DNA of 64,000 nucleotides, taken from NCBI GenBank assembly GCA_965205905.1, contig CBDBHZ010000012.1, positions 79,528-143,527 on the forward strand, written 5' to 3'. This stretch comes from Alphaproteobacteria bacterium (GTDB taxonomy: Bacteria; Pseudomonadota; Alphaproteobacteria; JABAAW01; JAHZMA01). Of the stretch, positions 1-10,800 are shown in pieces; positions within the stretch are counted from its first letter, which is position 1, and the number at the start of each line of letters is the position of its first letter. A program made the position numbers and the translations under genes. The notes under the pieces are model-generated. The model searched no databases and was not told where the DNA came from. It saw only the letters and a program-made list of their open reading frames with translations.

Positions 1-322
1 TGATGATATGCTGATTTTGCGGGGCGTGAATTTATTCCCAACCCAAATTGAAGAACAAATTCTGCAAATTCCAACATTAACACCGCATTATCAAATTCAT
101 TTGACAAAGCAGGGGAGAATGGATAATTTAACGGTTAAGGTTGAGGCATCACCCGATGCTAGCTCTGACGAGATGCGCGATAAAAGCAAAAATCTATTGG
201 CAGAGGCAATCAAAAATATGATTGGGGTGAGTGCTGATATTGATGTGTTACCGCCACAGAGCATCGAACGCTCGCAAGGCAAAGCAGTAAGAGTGATTGA
301 TGATAGAAACACCCAAAAATAA
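1..322 (+). CDS. paaK: Phenylacetate-CoA ligase, C-terminal ~105 aa (5' end lies outside the window)
   Basis: The translation ...LILRGVNLFPTQIEEQILQIP...HYQIHL...DNLTVKVE... is colinear with the conserved C-terminus of PaaK (IIRGVNVFPTQIEE motif). The ORF runs to the window edge with no start codon. Confidence 0.85.
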   Translation, partial: DDMLILRGVNLFPTQIEEQILQIPTLTPHYQIHLTKQGRMDNLTVKVEASPDASSDEMRDKSKNLLAEAIKNMIGVSADIDVLPPQSIERSQGKAVRVIDDRNTQK

Positions 323-1247
323 AGCTTTTAGTGATAAAGCTAGCGATAAAACCAGCGAGGCGATTTTAGATAATATTATTGCAAAACTCCATCAAGAAAG
401 TCATCATATGAGGGTATGGTCGATTGTGATGAGCATCTATGGCGATGCGGTTATGCCGTATGGTGGGGCAATTTCTCTCAAAGGCTTGTCGCTGATTTTA
501 ACGCGAATGAATATTGGCACTGGCGCGTTACGCACGGCGATGTCACGGCTTGCCCGCGATGGCTGGATGGAAAGATTTCGTAAAGATAGTAACAGTTTTT
601 ATCGCATTAGCAAGCCGATGCAGCAAGATATTCAACAAGCCAGTTTGCAAATTTATGCAAGCCCTGATGATGATTATATCTGGCAAGGTCATTGGCAAGT
701 GGCAATCCCGCAACGGCAGGCATTAACGCCAAAAATTTTGGAAGATATGCAAATGATGGGCTTTATCCCACTCAATGCGTTACTCTATATCCGCTTTGTT
801 AAGGCTGATGAATTGCTTCCTAATCATGCGGATATTATCTTCATGCAAGCCCAAGCGAGTGATCGTAACAAGGGGGATTGTAAGGGTAATGATTACAATC
901 CGCAACTGATAGAGATTGTTGAAGAAAATCATAAAGGTTCTAAACTTTATCAAATCTTAAGCGTAGAATTTCGTGCGCTTGCTGATAATCTTGATGGCGG
1001 TGGTAGGCTAGCGGGGTTAGATGCGGTGGTTGCCCGTATTTTGTTGATTCATTATTGGCGGCGTGCGGTGCTAGCCGATAATAGCGCACATATTGCCAAT
1101 CCGTTTCGGCATAACGCCCATTTGCTGACCAAGAAAATCTATCAGCATCTGCAAACTGAAAGCGAGAGATGGCTGCAAGATTCTGGCTGTATCGACCAAA
1201 CATTGCCACAAACAAACATCATCACCAACAGGTTTAATGAGGGATAA
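297..1247 (+). CDS. paaX: Phenylacetic acid degradation operon negative regulator PaaX
   Basis: 316 aa with PaaX-family features (N-terminal wHTH, ...SIYGDAVMPYGGAISLKGLSLIL...TGALRTAMSRLARDGW). It overlaps the paaK 3' end, as in paa clusters. Confidence 0.8.
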   Translation: MMIETPKNKAFSDKASDKTSEAILDNIIAKLHQESHHMRVWSIVMSIYGDAVMPYGGAISLKGLSLILTRMNIGTGALRTAMSRLARDGWMERFRKDSNSFYRISKPMQQDIQQASLQIYASPDDDYIWQGHWQVAIPQRQALTPKILEDMQMMGFIPLNALLYIRFVKADELLPNHADIIFMQAQASDRNKGDCKGNDYNPQLIEIVEENHKGSKLYQILSVEFRALADNLDGGGRLAGLDAVVARILLIHYWRRAVLADNSAHIANPFRHNAHLLTKKIYQHLQTESERWLQDSGCIDQTLPQTNIITNRFNEG

Positions 1248-1250
1248 CAG

Positions 1251-1676
1251 ATGGCTTTAGAAAAATTTGATATGGTGCAAATGAAAAATTTGCTTGGCAA
1301 AATTTACGCGCCATGGGTGCAACAATTAAACATCACGCCGCTGGCAAGCACGCATGATGGCTATCAATTTTTATTACCGAAAAATGCTGATATTACCCGC
1401 GATGGCGATATTATTTGCGGGCAAGCCATTGCATCGGTTGCTGATAGTGTGGGGGTGCTAAGCCTGTGCCACCATCATGGGGGGTATCGCGCCATGACAA
1501 CGGTGGAATTGGCAAGTTATTTTATGAGGCCGTTATTTTTAGGTGATATTGTGATTGATGTTACCAATCTTTCTAATGGCAAACGTTTGGCAACCACACG
1601 GATTGATTTTAGGGCAGAAAATTCTGATAAAATCGCCGCCACTGCCAACTGTATCTATGCCTATTTAGATGGATAA
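1251..1676 (+). CDS. paaI: PaaI/hotdog-fold acyl-CoA thioesterase
   Basis: 141 aa, size and GQAIASVADSVG.. hotdog-like core. It lies immediately downstream of paaX. The family call comes from motif recollection and is moderately supported. Confidence 0.55.
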   Translation: MALEKFDMVQMKNLLGKIYAPWVQQLNITPLASTHDGYQFLLPKNADITRDGDIICGQAIASVADSVGVLSLCHHHGGYRAMTTVELASYFMRPLFLGDIVIDVTNLSNGKRLATTRIDFRAENSDKIAATANCIYAYLDG

Positions 1677-1699
1677 TGATTATCCCCGATAATCATTAT
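1673..1699. terminator. Perfect 12-bp inverted repeat (ATAATGATTATC-ccc-GATAATCATTAT) between the convergent paaI and maiA genes; both stop codons lie inside its arms
   Basis: Read directly: arms at 1673-1684 and 1688-1699 with loop ccc. The TAA of paaI (1674-1676) and the TAA of maiA (complement of 1696-1698) sit symmetrically in the two arms. The stem is AT-rich and has no U-tract, so this may be a bidirectional terminator or a protein operator. Confidence 0.4.
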
Positions 1700-2373
1700 T
1701 GGGGTTGATATTTATTGGGGTGGGCGGCAATAAAAGCCGGAAGTTTTTCTGCCCGTTCGGCAATCAATGAAATATTGTGCCAGTCTGAATAATCAATGCC
1801 CCATCTTTTGGCATTGTAAATTTGCGGTATCAGGCAACATTCTACCAAAGAAACCTCATCACCGCAGGCGAATTTTCCTTTATGTTGATTATCTGCAATC
1901 AGCATATTTTCAATATTTTCTAAGCCTTTGCCGATAAAATACTGCCGCCATTGTGCTTTGATTTTTGTTTGCTCGGCACCATCATCAGATATAAGTGGTG
2001 CCAGATGGTTGACGACCGAAAGATTACAAACAGGGTGAATTTCCATCGCAATCGCATGGGAAAGCGCTTGCACCCATGCTTTTTGTTGGGGGAAAACACG
2101 TCGCATAAGGTCGTGTGAATCAGAGGGGTAAACCGAATCCAGATAATCAATAATTGCCAATGATTGCGTCAGCACAATATCGCCTATCACCAATGTTGGG
2201 ATTAATCCTTGCGGGTTATATTGTATATAATCATCTTGTTGCCCTTCATTTTCAAGCAAATCTATCGTGCGGCTTTCAAATTCAAGCCCTTTCATGTGGA
2301 GCGCAATCCGCACCCGATAGCAGGCTGAAGACTGCCAATAATCATAAAGAATAATTTTACTCATGGTTTTCAC
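1696..2373 (-). CDS. maiA: Maleylacetoacetate isomerase (zeta-class glutathione S-transferase)
   Basis: 225 aa. Its N-terminus KIILYDYWQSSACYRVRIALHMKGLEFESRTIDL...GLIPTLV matches the MaiA/GSTZ thioredoxin-fold signature. It is the last gene of the hmgA-fah operon. Confidence 0.85.
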   Translation of the reverse strand: MKTMSKIILYDYWQSSACYRVRIALHMKGLEFESRTIDLLENEGQQDDYIQYNPQGLIPTLVIGDIVLTQSLAIIDYLDSVYPSDSHDLMRRVFPQQKAWVQALSHAIAMEIHPVCNLSVVNHLAPLISDDGAEQTKIKAQWRQYFIGKGLENIENMLIADNQHKGKFACGDEVSLVECCLIPQIYNAKRWGIDYSDWHNISLIAERAEKLPAFIAAHPNKYQPQ

Positions 2374-2572
2374 TTTCCTTAATTGTTGCCTTATTTATGG
2401 CTTGTTTTAAGATTTCTTTATCGCCAATATGGTTCATCAAAATAAGCACCAGCCTCGCATTTAAGGCATGGCTTTGTTCGTTACTCAAACCCTGATGCGC
2501 TTCTAATAATTGTTGATAAATATCATCGCCCTCAAAATTATCGCCAAAATTAGTGTCAGTTATTAATGTCAT
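2357..2572 (-). CDS. Small conserved hypothetical protein (DUF2783-like), 71 aa, next to the hydroxylase gene
   Basis: Short acidic ORF in operon position between the FAD monooxygenase and maiA, overlapping the maiA start by 17 nt. Small DUF2783 proteins commonly accompany MhpA-type hydroxylases. The family assignment is from memory. Confidence 0.35.
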   Translation of the reverse strand: MTLITDTNFGDNFEGDDIYQQLLEAHQGLSNEQSHALNARLVLILMNHIGDKEILKQAINKATIKESENHE

Positions 2573-2587
2573 ATCTCACCTCTTATT

Positions 2588-4195
2588 CTATCCATTGCCG
2601 ATTATTTTGTCAAGCGCGGTTTTGATGCTATCATACGTTGGTATTGTGTGCCAAATGGCAGCAATATGTTGGTCGGGGCGGATAAGATAACAGCCTGCGC
2701 CATAACGCGCCGCAATCAAATTTTCGCTATCATCATAATTGGCAAGATGCAAGATGGTGATTTTTGCATCACATTTATCGCGCCATTCAGCGGACAGCTT
2801 TGCTTCTTTATCGGCAATCAACAGCGTAAATTCCGCGCCCAAGCAATTCAGCAACCAACATGATTTGCTGTTTTTATCGGTGAGTGGCGCATCAGGGCAG
2901 ACCATGCCCGATTGTAAGGAAATGCTCTCTGGCGATAGGGTTTGCAATGATTTTCCCTCAAGCGAGCATGGCACTGATAGTCTGCCTGCGTTGATTAATT
3001 TACGCGCAAACGGCATTGTGCCTGCCAGCTGTAACAAAGAATTGCGAAACAACATTTCAATATCGCTATTGGGCGACATAAATTTGGTGGTGCGGGCAGA
3101 ATTTTTAATATTTTCATCCGCGCCATGAATGCGCTCCTCATCATAAGAGAGTAAGAGATTTGTCTCTGCTTTGCCTTGCAGTATCAGCGCCAATTTCCAG
3201 CATAAATTATCAACATCTTGAATGCCGCCATTGCCCCCACGCGCACCAAAAGGCGAGACAATATGCGCGCTATCGCCTGCAAAAATAATCCGCTGATGGA
3301 TAAATTTTTCAATGCGGCGGCAATGGAATTGATAAATACTCACCCATTCTAATTCAAAGTCGCGGTTTTTCAGCATTTTGTGAATACGTTTTTTAACATT
3401 TTCAGGTTCGGTTTCAAGCGCATTATCAGCATCGGGCGGTAGTTGAAAATCGATGCGGTAAATATTATCGGGTTGCTTATGCAATAATGCCGATTGCCCT
3501 TGATGGAAACTTGGCTCAAACCAAAACCATCTCTCTTTAGGGAAGGGTGCTTCCATTTTTACATCGGCAATCAGGAATTTTTCTGTAAAATGCTGTCCCT
3601 TAAAATCCAAATCTAATAAATGGCGCATTGTGCTATGTGCGCCATCACATGCCAATAAATAATCCGCCTCAATCTGATAATCCCCATATTCGGAGCTGAC
3701 ATGAGCCGTTACTTTGCCTTCATTTTGTGAGACCGCATCAATCTGTGTGCCAAAGCGTAAATCAATATGGTTCGGAAAATCTTGGCATCTTTGCACCAAA
3801 TAATCTTCAACATAATATTGCTGTAAATTGACAAAAGCAGGATTTTTATGCCCTGTTTCTGGTAGCAAATCAAAATGATAAATTTCTTCATCACCCCAAT
3901 AAGTGCGCCCCACCTGCCATGTAACGCCTTTCGCCACCATTGTTTCGCCAACGCCTAGCCTATCAAAAATTTCCAATGTGCGCTTTGCCCAGCAAATTGC
4001 GCGGCTGCCATCTGAAACGCCATTATCCTTATCAATCAGCACCACTTTAATATTCTTCATTGCCAAATCTATGGCGGCGGCAAGCCCGATAGGGCCTGCA
4101 CCCACAATCATTATCTGCGTATCGCAAACCTTATTATCAGAGATTTCAGGTGCAATCTGTGTCTTAAATATGGCGGGGTTGAGTGATTGATTCAT
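2588..4195 (-). CDS. FAD-dependent aromatic-ring monooxygenase (MhpA/PheA-TfdB family) with a C-terminal extension; candidate hydroxyphenylacetate hydroxylase producing homogentisate
   Basis: 535 aa. Contains a GxGxxG motif (IMIVGAGPIGLAAAIDLA), a DG motif (LLACDGAHSTMR) and a GD motif (IIFAGDSAHIVSPFGARGGNGGIQD), followed by a ~170 aa C-terminal domain typical of this family. It sits within the hmgA operon. Confidence 0.75.
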   Translation of the reverse strand: MNQSLNPAIFKTQIAPEISDNKVCDTQIMIVGAGPIGLAAAIDLAMKNIKVVLIDKDNGVSDGSRAICWAKRTLEIFDRLGVGETMVAKGVTWQVGRTYWGDEEIYHFDLLPETGHKNPAFVNLQQYYVEDYLVQRCQDFPNHIDLRFGTQIDAVSQNEGKVTAHVSSEYGDYQIEADYLLACDGAHSTMRHLLDLDFKGQHFTEKFLIADVKMEAPFPKERWFWFEPSFHQGQSALLHKQPDNIYRIDFQLPPDADNALETEPENVKKRIHKMLKNRDFELEWVSIYQFHCRRIEKFIHQRIIFAGDSAHIVSPFGARGGNGGIQDVDNLCWKLALILQGKAETNLLLSYDEERIHGADENIKNSARTTKFMSPNSDIEMLFRNSLLQLAGTMPFARKLINAGRLSVPCSLEGKSLQTLSPESISLQSGMVCPDAPLTDKNSKSCWLLNCLGAEFTLLIADKEAKLSAEWRDKCDAKITILHLANYDDSENLIAARYGAGCYLIRPDQHIAAIWHTIPTYDSIKTALDKIIGNG

Positions 4196-4222
4196 TGCGT
4201 TACGACACTATAATTCTGCCTA

Positions 4223-5176
4223 TCAACTCTGTAAAGCCTGCCACATTTGGGCATCGCGCTCCTCAGTCCAGATGCGCGGTGTATCCATGCCCAACGCCTC
4301 ATCATAAGCGCGCGCCACATTAAATGGCAAGCAATGTTCATAGATGGCATAATCCTTAAATTTCTTATCACATGAAGCCCGCACTGCCGCAAAAGCTTCT
4401 TGCAAATTACCGCCACCTGCCGCGATTTGTGCCGCGGGTTGGTAGGTGCTGATTAAAAAATCATCAGTGCTAGCAATGGCTTCTTGCACTTTTGCCTCGC
4501 CTTTTAAAGCATCACCGCGCCCTGGCACTAATGATAATGGCGAAAATTCAGCAATCGCTTTCAATGTGTTACGCCAATCATGGAAATGACCATCACCACA
4601 ATAACATGCCGAACGATATTCCACAATATCACCGCTTAACATTACGCGCTCATCTGGCACCCATGCCACAATATCGCCTGCGGTATGGGCGCGCCCTAAA
4701 TGAAGTAAATCCACACGGCGTTTGCCAAGATAGAGAGTCATTTTCTTATCAAAAGTGAGGGTCGGGAATGTGAGGCTTGGGATTGTCTCATGCCCCCGAA
4801 ATAATCTGGGGAAGCGCGTAAATTCGCTTTGCCAATCTTCGGCACCACGTTCGTGAATCATTGCGTTACATAATGATGATGAGATAATCTCGCTGGCCTC
4901 GATATAGGCAGAAGCCCCTAACACCCTCACCGCATGGTAATGCGATAACACCACATATTTTATCGGCTTATCAGTTACCGAACGGATTTTTTCAATCACC
5001 TTATCTGCCATTAAAGGCGTTGCTTGCGTATCCACAATCAGCACGCTATCATCGCCAATCACCACGCCTGTATTGGGGTCGCCTTCGGCAGTGAATGCCC
5101 AAATATCGCGCCCAACTTCCGAGAAGCTGATTTTCTTTTCTGTCATATCACCTTGTGATGCAAATTTTTTTGCCAT
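4223..5176 (-). CDS. MBL-fold metallo-hydrolase
   Basis: 317 aa with metallo-beta-lactamase-fold motifs (VVLSHYHAVRV..., HLGRAHTAGDIVAWVPDERVMLSGD). Confidence 0.65.
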   Translation of the reverse strand: MAKKFASQGDMTEKKISFSEVGRDIWAFTAEGDPNTGVVIGDDSVLIVDTQATPLMADKVIEKIRSVTDKPIKYVVLSHYHAVRVLGASAYIEASEIISSSLCNAMIHERGAEDWQSEFTRFPRLFRGHETIPSLTFPTLTFDKKMTLYLGKRRVDLLHLGRAHTAGDIVAWVPDERVMLSGDIVEYRSACYCGDGHFHDWRNTLKAIAEFSPLSLVPGRGDALKGEAKVQEAIASTDDFLISTYQPAAQIAAGGGNLQEAFAAVRASCDKKFKDYAIYEHCLPFNVARAYDEALGMDTPRIWTEERDAQMWQALQS

Positions 5177-5191
5177 TTGTTTTTCCTTAAT

Positions 5192-6211
5192 TTAAGTTTT
5201 ATAGGGCATTACCGTTTGATTGATCGTGCCGAAAATTGAGTTGCCTTCCTCATTGTGCATATCAATGCTGACATGATCACCAAAGCGCATAAAAGGAGTG
5301 ATAGGCTTGCCAGTCAAAATGGTTTCTATCGTGCGTAATTCTGCCAAACAGCTATAGCCAACACCGTCCTCGCTGATGGGTTTGCCCGCACCGCCATCTT
5401 CTGACTTATTAGAAATTGTGCCCGTGCCAATGATAGTGCCAGCGCATAAATTCCGTGTTTTGGCAGCATGCATGATGAGGGTGGGAATATCAAAAACCAT
5501 ATCAACACCCGTTTGCACACGCCCTAATGGCTGTCCGTTTAAGTCTATCCGCATGGCAAGATGTAGCTTACCGCCATCCCATGCCTTGCCTAGCATATCG
5601 GGCGTTACGGCAACAGGTGAAAACGCGCTAGATGGTTTGGATTGAAAGAAGCCAAATCCTTTGGCAAGTTCAGCAGGGATTAAGCCACGTAACGATACAT
5701 CATTCACCAACATGATCAGCAATATTGAAGCTTTTGCGGTTTCATAATCAGCACCCATCGGCACATCATTGGTAATCACCGCAATCTCGGCTTCCATATC
5801 AATGCCCCAAGCCTCGTCCGCCATCATGATAGGTGCGTGTGGCGCTAAAAAACTATCCGAGCCACCCTGATACATTAATGGTTCTTCCCAAAAACTGGCA
5901 GGCATTTCAGCACCGCGCGCTTTACGCACCAATTCCACATGATTAACATAGGCACTGCCATCTGCCCAAGCATAGGCACGGGGCAAGGGTGAGAGCGCGA
6001 TTTTTTGGTCAAACGCCTTGCCACTTGCAGGATTATCGGCTAGCTTTTGCGCTAATGTTTCAAGCAAGGGTGCGACTATCTGCCAATTTTCTACGGCATA
6101 TTGTAAATTTGGTGCAATCATATCAGCATCTAAATAATATTGTAAATCATCAGATACCACAATCAAGCGCCCATCTCGGTTATCAGATGGTAAAGTTGCT
6201 AATTTCATCAT
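5192..6211 (-). CDS. Fumarylacetoacetate hydrolase (FAH) family protein, putative fumarylacetoacetase of the homogentisate pathway
   Basis: 339 aa FAH-fold sequence ([13 protein letters not shown]..., metal-binding acidic residues). It is translationally coupled to hmgA by a 4-nt overlap. Confidence 0.75.
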   Translation of the reverse strand: MMKLATLPSDNRDGRLIVVSDDLQYYLDADMIAPNLQYAVENWQIVAPLLETLAQKLADNPASGKAFDQKIALSPLPRAYAWADGSAYVNHVELVRKARGAEMPASFWEEPLMYQGGSDSFLAPHAPIMMADEAWGIDMEAEIAVITNDVPMGADYETAKASILLIMLVNDVSLRGLIPAELAKGFGFFQSKPSSAFSPVAVTPDMLGKAWDGGKLHLAMRIDLNGQPLGRVQTGVDMVFDIPTLIMHAAKTRNLCAGTIIGTGTISNKSEDGGAGKPISEDGVGYSCLAELRTIETILTGKPITPFMRFGDHVSIDMHNEEGNSIFGTINQTVMPYKT

Positions 6212-7587
6212 GTTTCCTTATCCCAATTTCCTTGTTTTGTGCCATCAAAATGTAATTCTAGCCCTTGCCAACATGCTGCGTAATCCTTGTGCAATATTGC
6301 TTCATGGGGTGCTTCATTGGCGGCAAATTCGGTGATATGTTGCGGCAGGAATGTTTCAAACATAAATGCCAGAGTATCGGTTAATTTTGTTGGTGTCAAT
6401 GCTGTAATACTGGCTTTTTCAAACGCATCAGCATCAGGGCCATGTGGCAACATGCAATTATGCAAACTTGCGCCACCGCGTTCGAACCCTTCTTCTTTGG
6501 CATCATATTTTCCATAAATCAGCCCCATAAATTCAGACATAATATTGCGATGATACCAAGGCGGGCGAAACGTATTTTCTGCCACCATCCAACGTTCAGG
6601 AAAAATAACAAAATCAATATTCGCAGTGCCCTCAGTGCCAGAAGGCGCGGTTAATACAGTGAAAATAGAGGGGTCGGGGTGGTCAGATAGCAGCGCACCA
6701 ATCGGCGAGAACAGGCGCAAATCATATTTATAAGGTGCATAATTGCCATGCCATGCCACCACATCTAACGGTGAATGATTCAGCTTGCACTGATATAAAT
6801 TACCGCACCATTTTGCTTTTAAGATACCATCAATATCTTTATGCTCAAAAGCAGCATGAGGGGTTAAAAAATCGCGGGAATTTGCCAAGCAATTTGCACC
6901 AATCGGGCCGCGATAGGGCAGGGTAAACGGCGCACCATAATTTTCGCACACATAGCCGCGTGCTTCATTCTGCAATAAATTCACCTGAAAAACCACACCG
7001 CGTGGGATAATAGCAATCTCGGCAGGGGTAACATCAATCACCCCAAATTCGGTGCGGATTTGCAAATCACCCATTTCAGGAACTATCAGCAACTCACCAT
7101 CAGCATTGAAGAAATATTCATCTTGCCCATCGTCATCTCTCATCGAGAGATTCGCCACATAAATATGACACCCCATGCCCGAACGCGCCTGTGCATCGCC
7201 CGCAAGGCTGATAGTATGCAAGCCTTGAATAAAATTCATTTTTTCGTTTGGTATCGGCAATGCCCCCCATCGTAATGCGCCAATGGGTAAGTTGCTTGCA
7301 AAAGGCGCGGGTGCGGTGCGTAAATAACCCGCATCACTCTGCTGATATTGCCCATGATGCTTCACTGATGGGCGGATTCTATAGAGCCACGAGCGTTGAT
7401 TGCTGGCGTTCGGGGCGGTAAATGCCGAACCAGAAAGCTGTTCGGCATAGAGTCCATAAGGGCATTTTTGCGGTGAGTTCATGCCTTGTGGCAGGGCATC
7501 TTCTAATGCTTCGGTGGCAAAATGATTGCCAAAACCAGACATATAACCAGCTGTATAATCAGATATATCAGTTTTATCGTCAGTCAT
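6208..7587 (-). CDS. hmgA: Homogentisate 1,2-dioxygenase
   Basis: 459 aa colinear with HmgA (N-terminal [14 protein letters not shown]...[27 protein letters not shown]-terminal ..FMFETF.. motifs). Confidence 0.9.
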   Translation of the reverse strand: MTDDKTDISDYTAGYMSGFGNHFATEALEDALPQGMNSPQKCPYGLYAEQLSGSAFTAPNASNQRSWLYRIRPSVKHHGQYQQSDAGYLRTAPAPFASNLPIGALRWGALPIPNEKMNFIQGLHTISLAGDAQARSGMGCHIYVANLSMRDDDGQDEYFFNADGELLIVPEMGDLQIRTEFGVIDVTPAEIAIIPRGVVFQVNLLQNEARGYVCENYGAPFTLPYRGPIGANCLANSRDFLTPHAAFEHKDIDGILKAKWCGNLYQCKLNHSPLDVVAWHGNYAPYKYDLRLFSPIGALLSDHPDPSIFTVLTAPSGTEGTANIDFVIFPERWMVAENTFRPPWYHRNIMSEFMGLIYGKYDAKEEGFERGGASLHNCMLPHGPDADAFEKASITALTPTKLTDTLAFMFETFLPQHITEFAANEAPHEAILHKDYAACWQGLELHFDGTKQGNWDKET

Positions 7588-7708
7588 ATTATCACCCTTT
7601 TTGTTGTGTCAAAAAAACATATAATGAATATGTTTGTAACAAAACCATTTTATTTTGTCAAGATGGATAAATTGATTTGGAACTAACGGTATTTTATAAT
7701 TAAAGTGA

Positions 7709-7737
7709 TTGACAGTCCATATATAATTTGGTTACAT
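7709..7737 (+). promoter_or_regulatory. Candidate sigma70 promoter for giant lipoprotein gene 1 (TTGACA at 7709-7714; TATAAT at 7722-7727 or TTACAT at 7732-7737)
   Basis: Hexamers read in the 219-bp hmgA/giant-gene divergent intergenic region. No single -35/-10 pair has both good hexamers and ideal spacing. Confidence 0.25.
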
Positions 7738-7806
7738 AGAATATGTGAGACTATGTTTTTAGGGTTTTTTAGGGAGAATGTCTTTTGTTAGGCATTAAGA
7801 GTTACA

Positions 7807-10800
7807 ATGATTAGATTATTTACTTTGCTATTATTAGCACTATTTTTAACGGCTTGCAGTAGCGATACTGTTGGCACAAATTCGGACGGTGATGTCAACA
7901 ATAGCGGCGATGGTAATAATGGCGGTGGCGGTGATGTTTTCACGCCAAGCAACACGGCACTTCTTAATCTGTTTGAAACAAAAGTGGCTGCAAATCCGAA
8001 AGACACCAAGATTGGCGAACATACATCGCTTGCTGCGATTGCGGATGAGATAATTATATTGCAAGGTCTAACAGTCGGGTTATATGATAGCACTGATTAT
8101 ACGCGTGGGGCAACAAGCACAGCATGGACTGATACTGCTAATCTGCAAATTGCCAGAGAAATCACCCCCTTGCGAATCACAGAATCAGCAGTTTCTCTTG
8201 CATTTGGTGGTGCGGGCGTGATGACAAGCGCAACCGCTTATGCCGATTCTGATATTGCGAATGTGGCTGCTGATAGAAACTCTGTTTTCGGCTTTAATTC
8301 TGATAATATGGTGTATATCAGCTGGGGCGTAAACCAAACGACTGAAAATTTAGCGAGTGGTGAAACAACAGGCACACTCACCAATATTGACGGCATGATG
8401 ATTGCAGGCATTGAAACTGCTAGCATTATCGGTGCAGGTAGAGTTGATTTTACAGGCAAGGGTGCAGGCGTTTATGGTACGAAAACTGGTAATATTGCCT
8501 CAAGCCAAAATGTAACATTTGGTGTAACAGCCGCAGTTGATTTCACTGATAGAGATGTTATTATCAGCACTGATAATGATGATGATTCGCTTGATAGCAC
8601 ACTTAATTTTACCACAGCCGCTATCAATTATGGCGGTAGCAATCTTATCAATTATAGCTTTGATGGTTCTACGGAACAGCCGGCTGTCAATGGCATGTTA
8701 GGTCAGCTTGATGCGCGTTTTTATGGTGGTGGCACTGAAGAATTTGGTGGCACATTCATATTAACGCAAGCTGATACAGGCTATTATTATGGTGCTTTTG
8801 GTGCATCACGCAAAGGGGTTACGCCTTTTGTGGCGGGTACAGTGCCACTTGCTCTTAACAGGCTTGGCATGGTAGCTTCAAAAAATCCGCAAACGACTGA
8901 TGTTAAAGGCAATGATTCGCTTGGCACTGTTGCTGGTGAAGCTGTTATCTTGCAAGGTTTAACTGTGGGGCTGAATGATAGCACTGAATATCGGCGTGAG
9001 AAAACGAATGCTTTATGGACTACTGAAGCGAATCTACAAATTACACAAGGGCTGACTGCGACGCACATCACATCATCAGCGGCATCTCTTACATTTGGTG
9101 CAGCTGGTACGATTACAAGCGCAATCGCTTATGCCGATGAAGATTATGCGAATTTGACTGCTGATAGAAGTGCGGTTTTTGGCTTTACTTCTGAATATAT
9201 GGCTTATATTACGTGGGATACAGATGAATCGTTGAATATAGATGATAATACCGCGCTGACGCAAACCGTTACCGATAGTAACGGCATGATGATTGCAGGC
9301 ATTGAAAATAATGTTATCAATATCTTTACTGCGGGTAGGGTTGACTTTAAAGGCAAGGGTGCGGGTGTTTATGGCACGAAAACGGATAAGCATAAAACTG
9401 AATTTAATGTAACCATTGCTGCTGATTTTGATGAAAGTATGTTGAATATCACCACCTCTGAAACCGCTTGCACAGATAATTGCACGCAATTTAACGCGCC
9501 ACCTTATCTTAATTTTAGCACTGGTTTGTTCAGCTATACGGACAATAATATCAGCACGAATTTAACACTTGATGGCACTCTAACAGGCACGCTTGATGCA
9601 AAATTCTATGGCAGTAACGCGCAAGCAACTGGCGGTGGCGCGCAAGAATTTGGTGGTGCATTTGCGTTAGCCCAAGAAGATACCCGCTATTATTATGGCG
9701 TATTTGGTGCAAGTCGCAATGGGGTCGTACCGTTCGTTCCTAGCGATACAACCACTTTTAACGCGCTTGGCACAGTAACAAACGCGAATACGCAAAACAC
9801 TAATATTGGCACACATACCTCACTTGCCACTGTTGCGACTGATACTGTTATCTTGCAAGGTTTAGCGGTTGGGCTGCAAGATGCAACGATTCATACGCGC
9901 TATAAAGATGATGCATGGACTGATAGCGCGAGCGAGTTTCAAAGTGTAAGAACAATTAACGCATCACGCATTACGTCATCAGCTGCTTCTCTCACATTTG
10001 GCGCAACGGCTGGCACGATTACAAGCGCGACCGCTTATGCTGATGCTGATTATGCCACTGCGACTGCCAATAGAAGCATCGGTAATTTTACCGCCAATCA
10101 TCTGGTGCTTGTTGAATGGGGGCAAGATGAATCCTTTAGTTCAAATGCGTCAGGGGAAACCCAAACTATCACCGATATTGACGGCATGATGATAGCGGGT
10201 ATTGAAACCACGTCGGTGCCTACAGGTGCAGGTAATGGCAAAGCTACTTTTATGGGGCGCGGTAAGGGTGTTTATGGTAATATTACTTTAAGTGATGCTG
10301 TAACATTTGATGTGGAAGCGGAAGTTGTTTTCACGAATAACACGATAAGTTTTAAGGCTGAAAATACGGCTTGTGATGTTGGTACAACCTGTGCAACAGG
10401 CGTAACAGCATCTGACCTTAATTTCGCTATAAGTTCGCTCATCTATACTGGCAATAATATCACGACTTCCCTTACCAATATTGATGGTATGAATGGTCAG
10501 CTTGATGCACGTTTTTATGGTAACAGTCAAGCTTTTGAATCCGATGGTAGCGTTACGGGTGCGAATGAATTAGGTGGCACATTTTTAGTCGGCAATGCAG
10601 ACAACTATTATTATGGTGCATTCGCCTCTGCACGTGGTGCGATTGATTTCACTTTCAATAGCGGAGACACAAAAGCTATTAATACGAATGTTGGCGATAT
10701 TACTGTCGCCTCAACTCCGCCTAATAGTGTTGCAACAACTGGTATTATAGATAGCACAAACAGCACTTTGCAAGGTTTGGCTGTTAGCTTGGATGATAGC

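Noticed and set aside
514-1215. Internal ORFs 514-726 (+) and 940-1215 (-) inside paaX, and 3709-3951 / 3903-4190 inside the monooxygenase gene
   Set aside because: They overlap well-supported longer CDSs in other frames and have no conserved motifs.
9076-9489. Numerous 60-190 aa ORFs on the opposite strand or in other frames inside the giant genes (e.g. 9076-9489, 10611-10964, 31968-32531, 40770-41186, 42571-43014, 46729-47082, 49681-50064)
   Set aside because: They lie wholly inside the long, motif-conserved lipoprotein ORFs. They have low-complexity or Cys/Ile-rich translations with no recognisable family. They are repeated only because the underlying coding repeats are repeated.
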